DNA of 64,000 nucleotides from an uncultured Gemmatimonadaceae bacterium (GCA_963740355.1 CAVUDW010000003.1:1408001-1472000), one strand, 5' to 3'; positions 48,938-61,263 are shown, counted from the first letter of the stretch. The notes: generated by a model not told the origin, from the letters alone. Numbers and translations are program-made.

Positions 48938-50317
48938 TCAGCGCCCGCGCTCCCAGCGCACGAGCGCGACGCCGAGGTCCGCCCACATCGTGAACGTCCC
49001 GTCCGAGCCAGACTCGAACGTGTAACGTGCGCGTCCGTCGGTAAATGTCCACGCGTTGTCGGCGTGCGCCGCCACGCGCAGTAGCACAGGTGGCAGCGGG
49101 CCACGCTTCAATCGCAACACGGGCCGACCAGCGGTGTCGGTCGCCTCGCTCACATCGACGTCTGTGGCGTATCGACCGACGAAGGCGCGAAGCGACGGAG
49201 GCTGCGGCACGGCCGCGCCAAAGCGCGTGCCAAGCGCCGCGTCGACGACCGCCGCCGCCACGGCGTCGGGGCGAGTAGGGCCCTGCGTGTTGATGAGAAT
49301 CGTCACGCTGAGCGAGTCATCGGGGAGCCACGCCGTGAAGGTCGTGAAGCCGTCGATGTCACCGCCGTGCTGATATGCGCGGCGTCCCGAAATCTCGCTG
49401 AGTGCGAGCCCGAGGCCGTAGCGCGTACGCCGACCACTTTGAATGGTGCCCGCACGCGTCATCTCGTCGTGACTGGCAGGAGTCATCACACTGCCCCCGT
49501 GCCGCGCGTGCAGCGCGGTGTTCCACGCCGTCAGGTCGGCCGCGGTTCCGCAGAATCCGCCGGCCGCCCACGGAACATTCGGGCTGATGTACCGCGCCGG
49601 GCGGAGACCATCCGGACCCATCGCGTAGCCGCGCGCGAGATGCGGGACGATGCGCTGCGGCGTGCAGAAGTGTGCGCGCACCGCTCCCGCTGGACGCAGC
49701 ACGCGCTCCTCGACGTACGCCGCATACGGACGGCCGCTGATCTTCTCGATCAGCTGGCCGAGCAAAACGAAGCCTGTGTTGCTGTACCGCATCGCCTCGC
49801 CTGGCGCGAAGTACAGCGGCGTGTCGCGCACCAGCGCGAGCAGCGAATCCGGCGGGGGATCGAGGAATCGCAGTGCCTGGCTGCGCGGCTCCTCGGCGTA
49901 GTCCGGCAGGCCGGATGTGTGCGACAGGAGTTGCCGCACCGTGATCGCCTGTCCGCGCACGGGCGCGTCGGGCAGGTAGCGCGTGATCGGCGCATCGAGT
50001 GCCACGCGCCCGTCATCCACCAGCGTCAGAACGGCGGCCGCGGTGAACTGCTTGGTGATCGACGCGAATTGAAAGACATGGTTCACCGACAGCGGTGCGT
50101 CATTCTCGACGTCGGCACGGCCGTAGGCGACGGACGCCAGCGTGTCACGCCCGCGTACCGCGACGGCGACGAATCCAGCCGCGCGCCCTCCGTCCACCGC
50201 CACATGCGCAATCGAGTCGAGCGCGACACGAACGCGGCGCGCACTGGCGTCGCGCGACTGCGCCGTGACTGGTACAGAGAGGACAAGGAGGAGGGCGAAG
50301 ATGACGGGCATACGCAT
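48938..50317 (-). CDS. Serine hydrolase, beta-lactamase/AmpC-like family
   Basis: Signal peptide; SITK (SxxK), LLSHTSG, YSN, HGG triad. Confidence 0.9.
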   Translation of the reverse strand: MRMPVIFALLLVLSVPVTAQSRDASARRVRVALDSIAHVAVDGGRAAGFVAVAVRGRDTLASVAYGRADVENDAPLSVNHVFQFASITKQFTAAAVLTLVDDGRVALDAPITRYLPDAPVRGQAITVRQLLSHTSGLPDYAEEPRSQALRFLDPPPDSLLALVRDTPLYFAPGEAMRYSNTGFVLLGQLIEKISGRPYAAYVEERVLRPAGAVRAHFCTPQRIVPHLARGYAMGPDGLRPARYISPNVPWAAGGFCGTAADLTAWNTALHARHGGSVMTPASHDEMTRAGTIQSGRRTRYGLGLALSEISGRRAYQHGGDIDGFTTFTAWLPDDSLSVTILINTQGPTRPDAVAAAVVDAALGTRFGAAVPQPPSLRAFVGRYATDVDVSEATDTAGRPVLRLKRGPLPPVLLRVAAHADNAWTFTDGRARYTFESGSDGTFTMWADLGVALVRWERGR

Positions 50318-50475
50318 TGGCGGCGATCGGTAAGAGGTGAGTACCTGATGCTGATTCGACACCTCAGTCGCGCCGAGCGTTGCGTGGGCGCGCTCCGGCT
50401 GGCATCGCGAGACTACCTTCATCGTCCATCACGCCTTCTTGCGCTGGTCAGACGAGTTGCGATGTCGCGACGACA

Positions 50476-51528
50476 TCACACCTCACCGCGGAGCAGCAGC
50501 GCGGACAGCGCGGTCCGGTTCGCGACTCCCAGCTTGCGCAGCACACTCGACACCTGATTACGCGCCGTGGATCGCTGCGTGCCGAGGCGCTCCGCGATTG
50601 CGGGGTTCGACAACCCCTCAGCCGCCAGCCGCGCGACCTGCATCTCACGAGCGGTCACTCCATATCGCGCCGCGAGTTCCGTACCGCCCAGCGGTCGTGT
50701 GAAGATCGGTGCTGCGGCGACCAGCACCAGCGGTGCCGCACCGAGCAGCCCCTCCGGCGCGAGTCGCGCTTCCACGCGCCAGCGTACACCGCACGGCAGC
50801 ACCACCTCGATCGCCATTGGTTCAGGATGTGGCACGACTACCGCCTGCGCAGCGAAGGTCCTTGCCGCGCGTGTGAGCGCTGCGCCGAGTGGATCGGCAA
50901 CCAGCAGGTCGGCGCAGAGTCCGTTGGTCGCTGTCTGGAGCGCGGCATTCGATGCGACGTGCGAGCGCAGCGCAGGGCTGGCGCGCACGAATGAGCCCGT
51001 CAGGTCGAAGAGCGCCAGTGGCTGTCCGAGCGCATCCAGTAACGCCAGCAGCTCGGCGCTGACATCATCCGCACGAGTCGCGGGGCGCTCATCGCCGTCT
51101 GCGAGCCAGCGTCGCGCATCGTCGGCCCACGTGGTGCCATGCAGCGCGTTGAAGTATCGCTCCGTCGCGTACGCCCCGGGCACCGCACGTGCGCTCACGC
51201 GCGTGAGCAGCAGGATGCGCGGATCGTCGCTCACGACGGCCGAGCGACGCGCGCCGTGCTCACGGCACCATGCCATGGTGCGCCGCACCACATCGGCCAC
51301 TCGTCCGTCGTACGGCTCCTGTCCTCGCAGGTCCACCAGCACGTCGAACACCGCCGCGCCGTCAGCGCGGACACGCGCCATCAGGTCGCGCGGCACGGCG
51401 AGCGCGCCGGCAAACGTCACTGCGCCGGTATTCCGGATGTAGTAGCCGTACTCGGTACGTTGGTTGGTCGCTGGCACGCGGAGAAACTGGACGTCGTCGG
51501 CAGGGAGACGTGATGCAGTCTCGAGCAT
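50476..51528 (-). CDS. LuxR-type HTH regulator with uncharacterised N-terminal sensor
   Basis: C-terminal VTAREMQVARLAAEGLSNPAIAERLG...STARNQVSSVLRKLG. The N-terminus (VLVDLRG, SAVV, ARRWL) looks STAS/SpoIIAA-like. Confidence 0.8.
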   Translation of the reverse strand: MLETASRLPADDVQFLRVPATNQRTEYGYYIRNTGAVTFAGALAVPRDLMARVRADGAAVFDVLVDLRGQEPYDGRVADVVRRTMAWCREHGARRSAVVSDDPRILLLTRVSARAVPGAYATERYFNALHGTTWADDARRWLADGDERPATRADDVSAELLALLDALGQPLALFDLTGSFVRASPALRSHVASNAALQTATNGLCADLLVADPLGAALTRAARTFAAQAVVVPHPEPMAIEVVLPCGVRWRVEARLAPEGLLGAAPLVLVAAAPIFTRPLGGTELAARYGVTAREMQVARLAAEGLSNPAIAERLGTQRSTARNQVSSVLRKLGVANRTALSALLLRGEV

Positions 51529-51727
51529 CGCGTCGATCGTGATGAGTCACATGACACATGTGCCGCCGCGCTGCGTGGCGTACGTTCGCGACGTCGGCTG
51601 GCTCGGTGCATCCCTACGTATTGGCGCGCCCGTGGTTTCTGATCGGGGCGTGGCACGCGGAACGACCATCGCGCCAGTCCGTGCGTGCGCTCCTGCGCCG
51701 CACCGTCACTCTACAGCCAGCCCCACG

Positions 51728-52149
51728 ATGCGCTCGATATTTCATGCGGTCCGCGGCACGATCATCCCGCTCGCACTTGGCTCGTATGGTTTAGCCGCAT
51801 GCTCTACTGCACCGACAGGCACGCCCTTGTCCGGACGCCTCTCCGGCACGGTGACGGTCGTGGGCGATGCGCTGCCTGAGCCGGCCTCGGGTGGCGCGCA
51901 GGTGTACCTGCTCCGCTCGCCCTATACGCGCAAGGCGGACGCCGTCGCGCGCGCGCGATGACGGGCGGCCCTCGCACGTTCAGCTTCGCACTCGAGATGC
52001 TTCCGCCAGGCACGTACTACATCGAGGCGTGCATTACGGTCGCGCAGAGCGTTGGATGCGCACCGTACACGGCCGGCGACCCACTCGGCCGCACCGCGCC
52101 GATCGTCATCAGGAGCGGCGAGGAGACGAGCGTTCAGGTACGCTTCTGA
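51728..52149 (+). pseudogene. Small lipoprotein, frameshifted near 51955
   Basis: Lipobox LAAC in the frame from ATG 51728; continues in ORF 51958-52149 (PPGTYYIEAC). Confidence 0.5.
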
Positions 52150-52283
52150 TCACCGTGGCACTGTGCCAACTCGCGAGCTCCTGGACGCGCAACGATCTCG
52201 CATGATCCGCAGTGCACTCGATCACACACAGGCAAGCGCGCGTTGCACCGCGCTGTGCACACACGACGCTGGCCGCGCGCGAC

Positions 52284-54010
52284 TCAGCCGCGGCGTTCGA
52301 ACCGCAGGTTGCGAATGAGCCCTGCCGAGACGAGCAGCGCGGTGACGCGCCCATCGCTGCCTCGCTCGAAGCGCAGCCGATCGAAGTAGAACCGGCCGCC
52401 ACGGAACTCATCGCGTGTGGCCTGCGACGCGAGTGGCAGCCGCCCGTGACGCCGGTGTCGCGCCGTGAGCCCATCACCCTCGACCGCGATCACGTATTCC
52501 GTCTCGAGTTCCGGGCTGTAGTAGCGCCCTGCGTATTGCGTGAGCTCGGCCGGTGCGGGCCGCCACGGCTCTGGCGCGGCCTCGGCGGGATACCCGCAGG
52601 CGTCGGGGGCGGAATTGACGCGACCGTGTTCTGCGCTGGGCGCATGCGGTTGCCGAAGAACGACTCGGCGACCTCGTTCAGCATGCCGGCGGCATCGAAT
52701 GCCGAGGAGTTGCTGAGCACCACTACGCCAGCGTCGAGCGTCGGATACCAGGCCACCATCGCGCGGTAGCCGGCGTCGGCGCCGCCGTGCTGCAATCGCC
52801 GCAATCCGCGATGCTCGTCACCACCAGGCCGAGTGCATACGCGATCGTGTCACCGCTCGCGAGCGCGCCTCGCTCCTGCATACGTCGCATCACGCCGGGC
52901 CACCGATGCGCCCGGTGCCCATGTTCGCGAGCCAGCGCGTCAGGTCGCCGGCGGTGGTGTGCACGCTGGTCGCGCCCCAATTGGCAAAGCTCAGCACCGC
53001 GCGGCGCTGGCCAGTGCTGGAGGGCTGGTGCGGGTCAGCTCGCCGCGGCTCGATGCGTTCGTGATCGTCGTCCACCGCAGTGGAATTCATGCCGAGTGGC
53101 TTGAACACGGTGCGTTGCATGTACGCGGCGAACGGTTCGCCTGCGACGCGCGCCACCACCTCCGCCAAAAGCATGCAGTTCGTGTTGCTGTACTGGTGCT
53201 CGACCCGGGGCGTGAAGTCGAGCGCGCGCTGACGCCGCACGAGCTCGAGCAGGTTCTCTTGCGTGATCACGTCGTCCAGCCGTCCGCCGCCCATCTCCCA
53301 GAGCACCCACTGGTCACGCAGCCCGCTCGTGTGATGCAGCAGGTGGCGCAGCGTGATCGTGGCACGGAAGTCCGCACCTCGGGCAGGTACTTGCGCACGT
53401 CGTCTTCGAGCGAGAGACGCCCCTCCTCAGCGAGGCGCGCGATGGCGAACGCCGTGAACTGCTTGGACACCGATGCGAAATGAGACGGAGGTGCCGAGTT
53501 CGGGATGCCGTGCTCCAGGTTCGCCATGCCGTACGCTTTCGTGAATACGGAGTCCGGCCCGCACCACGGCGATCACCGCGCCGGGCGCATCGGGTCGATC
53601 GTGCACGCGCATCAGTTGATCGACCTGCCCGCTGCGGTGCGTGCCACGGGTTCGACGCGCTCGACGGCGAACGCATAGCGGCCACTCGCACCCTCGAACG
53701 GGCGCAGTTCGATGCGATACCGTCCGCGCTGGTGGCGAGAAGCGGAACGATTCCGGCCCACGCGCTGGACCGTGAACTTGCCGGCGACCCGGCCTGGTCG
53801 ATCTCGCGCCACCATCACATCGACGCTTTGCTGATCGGCCACCGCCCATACCATCTGGTCGCGACCCAGCACGAGCAGGTACATGCGCTGGGCGCCGGCG
53901 ATGTCACGAACGAGTGGCCGGGCCGAGTCATCACCTCCGGCGCCGGGGGCCTGCGCCGGCAGTTGCGTTACGCCAAGCGCGATGTTGAGCGAGTGGGCAA
54001 TTCTCATCAA
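52284..54010 (-). pseudogene. Beta-lactamase-family serine hydrolase, multiple frameshifts
   Basis: Fragments in different frames: PGAVIAVV, ASVSKQFTA (SxxK), LLHHTSG, YSNTN, LQHGGADAGYR, RNLRFER. Confidence 0.75.
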
Positions 54011-54323
54011 TGTGCGGGCATGCGTGAAGCGGTCTGCGAGAGGCCAGCTTCAGCGTCGTGGAACAAGCGCGACGCGCGCGACAGTGCGCGGGCAGCGACG
54101 GACGAAGACATCGGTCAGCCTGTTCGGGAATCGGGAACGTGCACGTGGCACCGCCGGGAGTGGCGGACGTGTCACGCTAGCCGACCGGCGCTCTCCAGCG
54201 CATGGTGCAGGTGTCCCATGGGCCATGGCGGTCGCAGTGCGCTCGGCAAGTGGACGATGTCGGCGCCACCCTCCGGCGATGGACGCCGAAGCGGCTATTG
54301 CCGATGGCGAAAGCGACGGATGG

Positions 54324-55462
54324 TCACACCGTTAAATCAACGCTGCTAAAGATGTCTCTCGATGCATCCGCACTGCCAGAATGCAGATCTTTCGACGGCT
54401 CTGGCCCGCTTCGCGCGGGGACCACGTGCTGACTGGCCGAGCCCCGTGGCGTGACGCGCATCGAGAACACGCCGAGCAACAGCATGATGATGTTGGCACT
54501 CCACATGGCCAGCGCTGGCGAAATCGCCGAACGATCCGCGAGGTGTTCACCGGTGATGACGCACACGTAGTAGCTGGCGAAGACGACGAAGCTGATGCCG
54601 GCCTGTGCCCAGAGGCTGAGCGTGGCGCGCGACTCGCGATCCCTGCGGCGAGCAGGGCCAGCACCACGCACGCAGCGGCGAGTGCGAGCTTTTTCTGATC
54701 TCGACCTCATAGTTCGCAACCGAGGCGCCGTCGGCTTCCGTTTCCGTCTCGCCACGCGACACGCTGACCAGCCGCTTCTCCGCCTGGCGCAATTCGCGAA
54801 GGGTCATGCTGCGGTCAGTGGGGCAACCGGGTCACCTGCGTACATCGCCTGCAATCGCAGGTTCGCGCGCGGACCAGCTCGGCATTCAGGGCGAGGCAGC
54901 AGAGCGCGACAGCGGACGACATGACCGATGACGGGTGCTAGTCGGGGCGGCGGTGCACCGGCGGCGCGACGGATCGTCGCGTGCTCGACGTTGACCTGCG
55001 GCAGGCCGCCCACAGCACCGCGATGAACACGACATCGGGATCGTGAACGCGGCCGTGTACGGGATCGAGAACAGCATGACATCGAACCATGTACCAGTGA
55101 GGGGAGCGACCGCGCGCGTCGCCGCGGCCTTCGCGACGAACAGCGTCGTCAGCACGACGCTTGTCACGAGGAATGCGAGCGCGGTGCTGCCGCAGCTTCA
55201 CGACGTTCGCCGTAGCAGCGCCCGCCGCTCCTCGGAGAGCCGCTCGTAGACTCCGCGACGGGCGAGGTCCGCCAGCCCGCGAGGCCCGCGACCCACACGG
55301 CGCGCCGGCCATCGGGTGCGCTGCGTCGGAGTTCACGCTCGAACAGCTCGAGCATCGCGTCACCCTGTCGTACGCGAAGCCGTTTGGCAGCAGCGGGAGC
55401 AGCGCGCGATACGCGCGGTGCCAGAACCGTGGGCGGCGTCGCCTTCCGTCGTGGCGCGTCAT
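54324..55462 (-). pseudogene. LptF/LptG-like permease with PadR-partner-type N-terminus, frameshifted
   Basis: Fragments RAYRALLPLLP, GDAMLELF, SIPYTAAFTIPM, MTLRELR, NYEVEI, ISPALAMWSANII. The 3' end is uncertain. Confidence 0.55.
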
Positions 55463-55785
55463 GCGCCGGCCACCTGCGCCGACAACCTCGCGCGCGCCGT
55501 TCGGGCCATCGACTCCAGTCGGCTGCATTCGGCTTCGAGCGAGACACGTCCCGCCGCCGGTGATCCGGTAGAAGCGTCCCGACCCGAGCCGCCGTCCGGG
55601 CGGTCCGACTCGTCGAGTTCCTCGATCCACGCGAGTCGCACCAGCTCCTCGATCGATCCGTACAGCGTCGCGGGCCAGAGGCGGACGGCGCCGTCACTCA
55701 GTCGACGCGCGTCGTCCTGAATCGCGGTGCCGTAGCGGGGGCCGGGGGCGAGGGCGAGGAGGATGTAGAACCAGTTGGGCTTCAT
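55459..55785 (-). CDS. PadR-family transcriptional regulator (probable compensating indels in the C-terminal half)
   Basis: FYILLALAPGPRYGTAI, LWPATLYGSIEEL; the expected RFYRIT motif lies in another frame near 55560. Stop overlaps the permease ATG. Confidence 0.8.
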   Translation of the reverse strand: MKPNWFYILLALAPGPRYGTAIQDDARRLSDGAVRLWPATLYGSIEELVRLAWIEELDESDRPDGGSGRDASTGSPAAGRVSLEAECSRLESMARTARARLSAQVAGA

Positions 55786-55815
55786 CGTTGGTCTCGGAGG
55801 TGTACTATACCAAAG

Positions 55816-55837
55816 CATACTATCTTTGCATAGTATG
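55816..55837. promoter_or_regulatory. Perfect inverted repeat upstream of padR (putative operator)
   Basis: CATACTAT-CTTTGC-ATAGTATG in an AT-rich patch 30 nt upstream of the padR ATG; TATAGT -10-like hexamer on the minus strand at 55804-55809. Confidence 0.6.
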
Positions 55838-56153
55838 TCTCAGATTATGAAGTGTCGCCGCACATCAGCGTGGCCCGGGAGGTAACGAGCGCCACCCCCG
55901 ACGTCGGTTGCGGACGAGTCCGTCGTGAACGCGCAGCGATCGGGCTCTGAGGTGCCCGTCACGCACCGGAAAGTGACGATATTTTCGCAGAAAGTACTTT
56001 TGTCCCGGACATCTTCGTTGATCTTGGAATCAGACTCGCTGTCGCACTGCGATCGGTTGCTGTTCGACGCAGAAGGATGGTATGGTGTCCAAGTCGGGGC
56101 GATTCTTGCCACGCTGACGCGACACGCGCTTCAATCCTGAGGGTAGAAGTGGG

Positions 56154-57667
56154 ATGACGTCATCTCATGCGCAAACGCTGGGTGTCTGCCGGCGACTGTC
56201 GGCGCTGACAGCTGCGCTTCGTCTCGCGTACTGCTTCACGTTCTTCGCTCCGATGGTAGCATTCACAGGCAACGATTCGGGGCGTCGTTCACGACAGCCT
56301 GGCCGGTTCCGTCCTCCCCAGCGCTGCGATCCGCGTCGTGGCGGCCGCGACACCATGGACGGAAGGGTTCGCGACGACGAGCGACACCACCGGCCACTTT
56401 GCGACTCTCTGGTCTCGGAGCCGGCCGCTATCTCATCGGCTTCTCGCACCCTCGGCTTGATTCGCTGGGATTCGATGCGGTGTCGCGCACAATTGAGATT
56501 GCGACCCTGCAGCGACGTGACGCTGATGCTTGGCGTGCCGAGTGCTCGCTCGATTTCGCGTGCGTTGTGCGGTGAGCTGAAGAATCGTCCGGCGTCGTGT
56601 TCGGTCGGGTATACCGCGCGGAGAATGGCCAGTCGGCATCGGCAGGGTACGTGAGCGTCAGCTGGCGCGAGCTTAGCATGGATTCGGGGACACGGCGGCT
56701 GGACGAGCGACGCCTCCAGGCGAGCTTGACTGACGACGGACGATATGTGCTGTGCGGCGTTCCGACGGACGTCACTGTTACTGGATCCGCCCATCTGCTT
56801 GCACCCGACAGCAGTGTCATCGCGTCCACAGGCTCGATCGATCTCGCGTTCAGCGATTCCTCGACGACGCTGCATCGAAGCTTCATCGTTGGGGCCGAAC
56901 AGGATCGCGGCGCGTCGGATAGCACCGTCGGGGCAGAGATGCGCTGGCGCAGCTCGTGGGGCGGGTCATGGACGATGGCGGACGTCCGATGGCGAGCGCA
57001 CGCTTCGCCGTGCTAGGTGCGGGGTGGCGACTCCGTGGCGCTGACCGACTCGCTCGGCCGCTTTCGCGTCAACGTGGCGCATGGTGGCACGTACTCGGTC
57101 GCGATCAGCAGGATCGGTTTTACGAACTCGCCACTCCGTGGATTCTCGACCGTGACACGGCGCACGTGAGCTATGCACTGACGCGTCAGGCATTCGAGCT
57201 GGAGGGCGTGACGGTGTCGGCACGGGCGTCGATGGAGCAGGCCGGATCGACCGTCGCCGTGAAACGCGGAGGGGATTCTTCCTCGACCGTGAGCGATCGC
57301 GTCGAGTGGCGCGATTTTTTTTCCTCGCGAGTTCTCGGCTCGGATGTTGATGCAATGGGGATCGAATGAAGCCGGGCGTCCCGTCATCACGGGCCCACTG
57401 CAGTGTACGCCGCTGCTGTTCGTCGACGGCGTGCCGACCGCGATGCCGGTGTACAGAAAGTCAGCAGGCTATACGCCGTTCACGAAGGAACAGTCGCGGT
57501 TCGGCGCACCGACTGACGCTGTCGTGCCTGACGTGGACAATGCAATTCCGCTGGCCGAGGTGGGTGGCGTCGAGGTGTATGCACCAGGGGAGGCACCCGC
57601 GCGATTCACGGGCACCGCACGCTGTTCGAGCATCGTCATCTGGAGTCGGGCGCTGGTGCGGCACTAA
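56154..57667 (+). pseudogene. Carboxypeptidase-regulatory-like domain / plug-like secreted protein, many frameshifts
   Basis: Fragments GRVRDD, FGRVYRAE...TDDGRYVLCGVP, GRVMDDGGRPM, CTPLLFVDG, GVEVY...CSSIVIWSR in different frames. Confidence 0.6.
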
Positions 57668-58305
57668 ACGAAGAAACTCACTTTCTAGGGGGCTATTTAC
57701 CATTCACGTCGGAGCTTCTCACACTGCAGATAGAAGCCCAAAACCGTGTCGCAAGGCCGTGCATGCCGACATGGATGTCGGCTGTAGGCTGGGTCGCGGT
57801 GTCCACACTACCTGATCACTACACATGAACGGCAGCGGCTACATGCTGCTTCGGCAGGAGGGCGATGGACGTTTCTCCGCCTATCGCCGACGTGCGATAG
57901 CAGAGTGGTACACTTCCGTGAATGACGAGGACGGCCACTACGCGATGGGCGACACCGCGAAGCCACGCCGGTCCAGCTATGGTACACGGAACAAAATTCC
58001 GCCGATCACAAGCGCCGCGACACCGCCGAGGCCGAGCTCGCGTTGCAGTTGACTCCACAGCAGTACGCTGCGCGCCAGCTCGTGCAAGTCTGCCCACGCT
58101 CTTGTCAGCCTAACCGGCGGTGCCCACCGCCATCGTGGTGTGCACGGTCCGCACGACTGGCGTCGGTTCGGAAGGCGCCACCGCGAATGCCAAGGCGGCG
58201 CGAGCGGGGCATTGGTCGGTTGGGCTGTGTGTGGTGCGGCGGAATGGATTTAGTACCAGCGAATTCCAACCACGGTCACAACGGTCCGGTCCGCGGCGTC
58301 ACTCC

Positions 58306-58964
58306 TCAGTTACGGCTCTGGCACGAACAGTGAACCGGAATATTCGTGCGCAATTCGTAACCTTTGCCGAATTCGCCGCGTGCCCGACGGCCACTAGCCG
58401 GTGACGAGGCGCTTGCCGTCTTCAGCGCGAGCTGGGCTGCGGCCTCACTGACCGCCGTCGTCACCCTCGACAACGGCGGTAGATCCTGGTGTCGTCGGCC
58501 TGTGCAAAGCCTTACTGGAAGCGCGTGGATGGTTGAGCGATGTGGGACGCTGATCAAGTAGGAATGGCCCGAGTAGTCGTGGACATTCGCGAGACTAGCA
58601 AAGTCGCCAGCTCAACTACACCGACTTCACGTGCGCTTCGGTGCGAACCACACGCGGCCCCGGAAACGGCAACTAGCAGCGATAGCCGTCGTAGTTCGCG
58701 CCATCAACATTCTGAGAGCAGATTCAAGAGGTCGCCGGTGTTCATGTGATGGATTATTGAGCCCTTGTACTTCCCTCCACGCACCAGATCAACCGCCGCA
58801 TCGAGTTCGTGCGTCGCCCTCATGACGGAGTAAGGACCATTGTGGTCAATACACGATCCCACACTCCGTCGACTCCTTATCAGGGCTCGCTGGTAGAGCG
58901 CCATCGAAAGAGTGTGAGGCGTCAACGATCGAATAGCTGTCGCTGGCGATCTGCGGATTTGCAT
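58306..58964 (-). pseudogene. Possible AraC-like regulator remnant in a lower-GC tract
   Basis: Fragment HRSTIH...P.RL...TAVSEAAAQLALKTASA...RGEFG loosely resembles an AraC double HTH; frames are broken. Confidence 0.25.
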
Positions 58965-59384
58965 CGAAGGGCATTCGTGTCAGTCACTTTCGCTTCCATT
59001 GTGTGAGGGGAATGGCTCGCCCTGCATATCTGACATCGCAAACCCAATACTAACCGCGGAACTATAGCTGGAAAGGCGCGCTGCCAGCTCTATTTCTGCT
59101 TTGTTACACATCAGGGGCTAAATTGCGTTCTCTGGCCCCTAGTAGCAGCCATTACGGTATTGTCGCGATTTAATCGTGAGCTTGGAATACTCGCTCGCGG
59201 CAGCGTAAAACCCGAGGCGGCGCCTCGCTCTTCGCTGACTGTCGCCGCGATCCGCACTTCCCTCCGTACCCTGGCGATCACCTGCCCCGGATAGATCCAC
59301 TACAACCCTACCGGATATCTTGCGTAAATCGCGCCGCGGCAGGCGTCACCGCGGCATTTCATCGGACACTTCACGCGAGCGCAC

Positions 59385-60430
59385 CATGCCCCAGCTCATG
59401 TACCATTGCGGCTGTCACCAGCCCCGGCTGGCTTTCAGGCTCCAGGCACCCTGCAGTCAGTGCGCAGCCCCCGCCATTCGCCATGGTTGGCACCTCGGTA
59501 TGTATGGGGCGATGGCACCAGTACCAAGGTTCTATGGGTTCAAAGCGATGGGAGAGCACCGCGCGTCCCCCTCGACGCGCTCCTCGGCCCGCACCGCGCT
59601 CGCTGCGCGCGGCGTGTGTGGGCGCCGGCATCGTCGACTCCAGTGATCCCGCAGGCTGGCGTGCGTGTGACGCATGCGAGGGACACGGCAGTGTATGGGA
59701 CGAGCGCCCCTAACGTTGTCGACACAGCGCGCGTCGCAGGCATATACCCCGACGCCGTCGTACTGACCCGGACGCCGCCCCCGACTTCCCGCCATCTCTT
59801 TTTCAACGTGAGATCGTCGACCATCATAGACCTGCGCGATGCCTCTCCGCTGCGCACGATGGACTCGTCCTGGGGCCCCCGAGATCCGAGCGACAGGGAT
59901 CCACACGGCCGGCCCCGACGCGGACTCCAGCCCGGACACTGACGAGGAAGAGCCGGAGTATGTGAGACCCATCCGCTGGCCGCCGGCGGCGTGTATGCGA
60001 GCTTCGACAGCAGCAGACGTGGCGCCGCTGGTGGCCAACGATGCGGAAGTGAATCGGCGAGCTCGCCCTGTGCAAAGACCAATTTCTGGCCGAGCAACTT
60101 CGGCGAGTACGCATGGGCGGCTTCGACGCGGAGGATACAGCGTGGGATTCTCGGCTTGGGCACGGACTGGTATGGCGTCTTGGCGATGAATGCTTGGGCG
60201 GAAGACGATGTCAAAACTGCGCTGGTAGGAACGGAACGCTGTGGGCTCGGGCAGGGAGGTTCGAGGTGCACGCCACGGTCGTCGTCGTGACTCTTGTTGA
60301 TGGCCCGGCCGTCGCGGAGGTGGTCGGCGTGTGCAAGGATTTCCACGAAGCCGAATGGATGCTCGGGCGCTATGGACAACCTACATCAGTCCGATGGGCG
60401 GCGCCCGGTCATTTTCCACCCGCACGCTGA
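59385..60430 (+). pseudogene. Hypothetical protein(s), frameshifted
   Basis: Successive protein-like plus-strand fragments (59406-59942, 59991-60290, 60113-60430); no family recognised. Confidence 0.3.
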
Positions 60431-60577
60431 CTGCGGGACGCCGGAACTGTTCAGCCGGATGCCCGGTCGTGGACTCTTTGTGGAACCATGGCCACGCAGT
60501 TCGGCGTGTTAACGCTACCATCCGCACCTGCCGCACGGTACGCGCAGTTCCGTCACGTAACCCGGTGAATGTCGCCG

Positions 60578-61263
60578 CTACGGTATCGTGTCACATGCCA
60601 GGCCAAGCCGGCCATTCGCACCACGCTTCGTGCGAGCAGCCTGCGCGCGACGACTCATGTACTGCAAATGCTGTCGTCGAAGTGCGCGCGATTCATACCC
60701 AGGAGGTCTCCGCGGCATTGATCGTCGTCTGGGCTCCCCGATGCCAACCGCGGTGACGCCGGCCAAATCTAGAAAGCCGAACAGGTGACGGTCCATGGCG
60801 CTTTCGGGCAGGCCCACCAGAATCTTGAAGTAGTCCGCCGTCTTCGGGCCGATCCCGGCAGTCGTCTGGACCTTGACGATGCCTTCGCGATGCCCAGCCA
60901 CTCTCGAAGGTCGGCCTCGGTCTCCACGCCTTCCTGCGTGAAGAGCGCCAGCACGGCCTCGAAGCGCGCGGCCCGAATGGGGTCGTTCACCCCAAGGAAA
61001 TCGATAGTGGACGTGGACCGCAGGATCGCCAGCGCGGCGGCAGTTGTCGATACGGCACGGAAAGGGCCATCGGTTCCGAATCCGCTGCACGCGTGGCGTC
61101 ACAAAGGAGACGTAGTGGCGATTCGCTTGGAGGATCGCGTCCGCGACGGTCGCGCCGATGTGGTCGTATGAGGACCCTCATACATCCGGAAGTCCGGGAG
61201 GCCACCGACATACGTCACAAGGCGTTCGGCGGAAGCACGGATCGCAGCTCGGTCGGGTGACAT
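60578..61263 (-). pseudogene. HhH DNA-glycosylase-superfamily protein, frameshifted
   Basis: Fragments AERLVTYV, YDHIGATVADAILQA..Y..FVTPRV, EGVETEADLREWL, HhH GIGPKTADYFKILVG, AMDRHL. Confidence 0.6.

Noticed and set aside
58030..58115. Integron attC site (GCCGAGCTCGCGTTGCAGTTGAC... and GCCTAAC)
   Set aside because: No matching GTTRRRY right end with complementary L boxes, no cassette periodicity, and no intI in the window.
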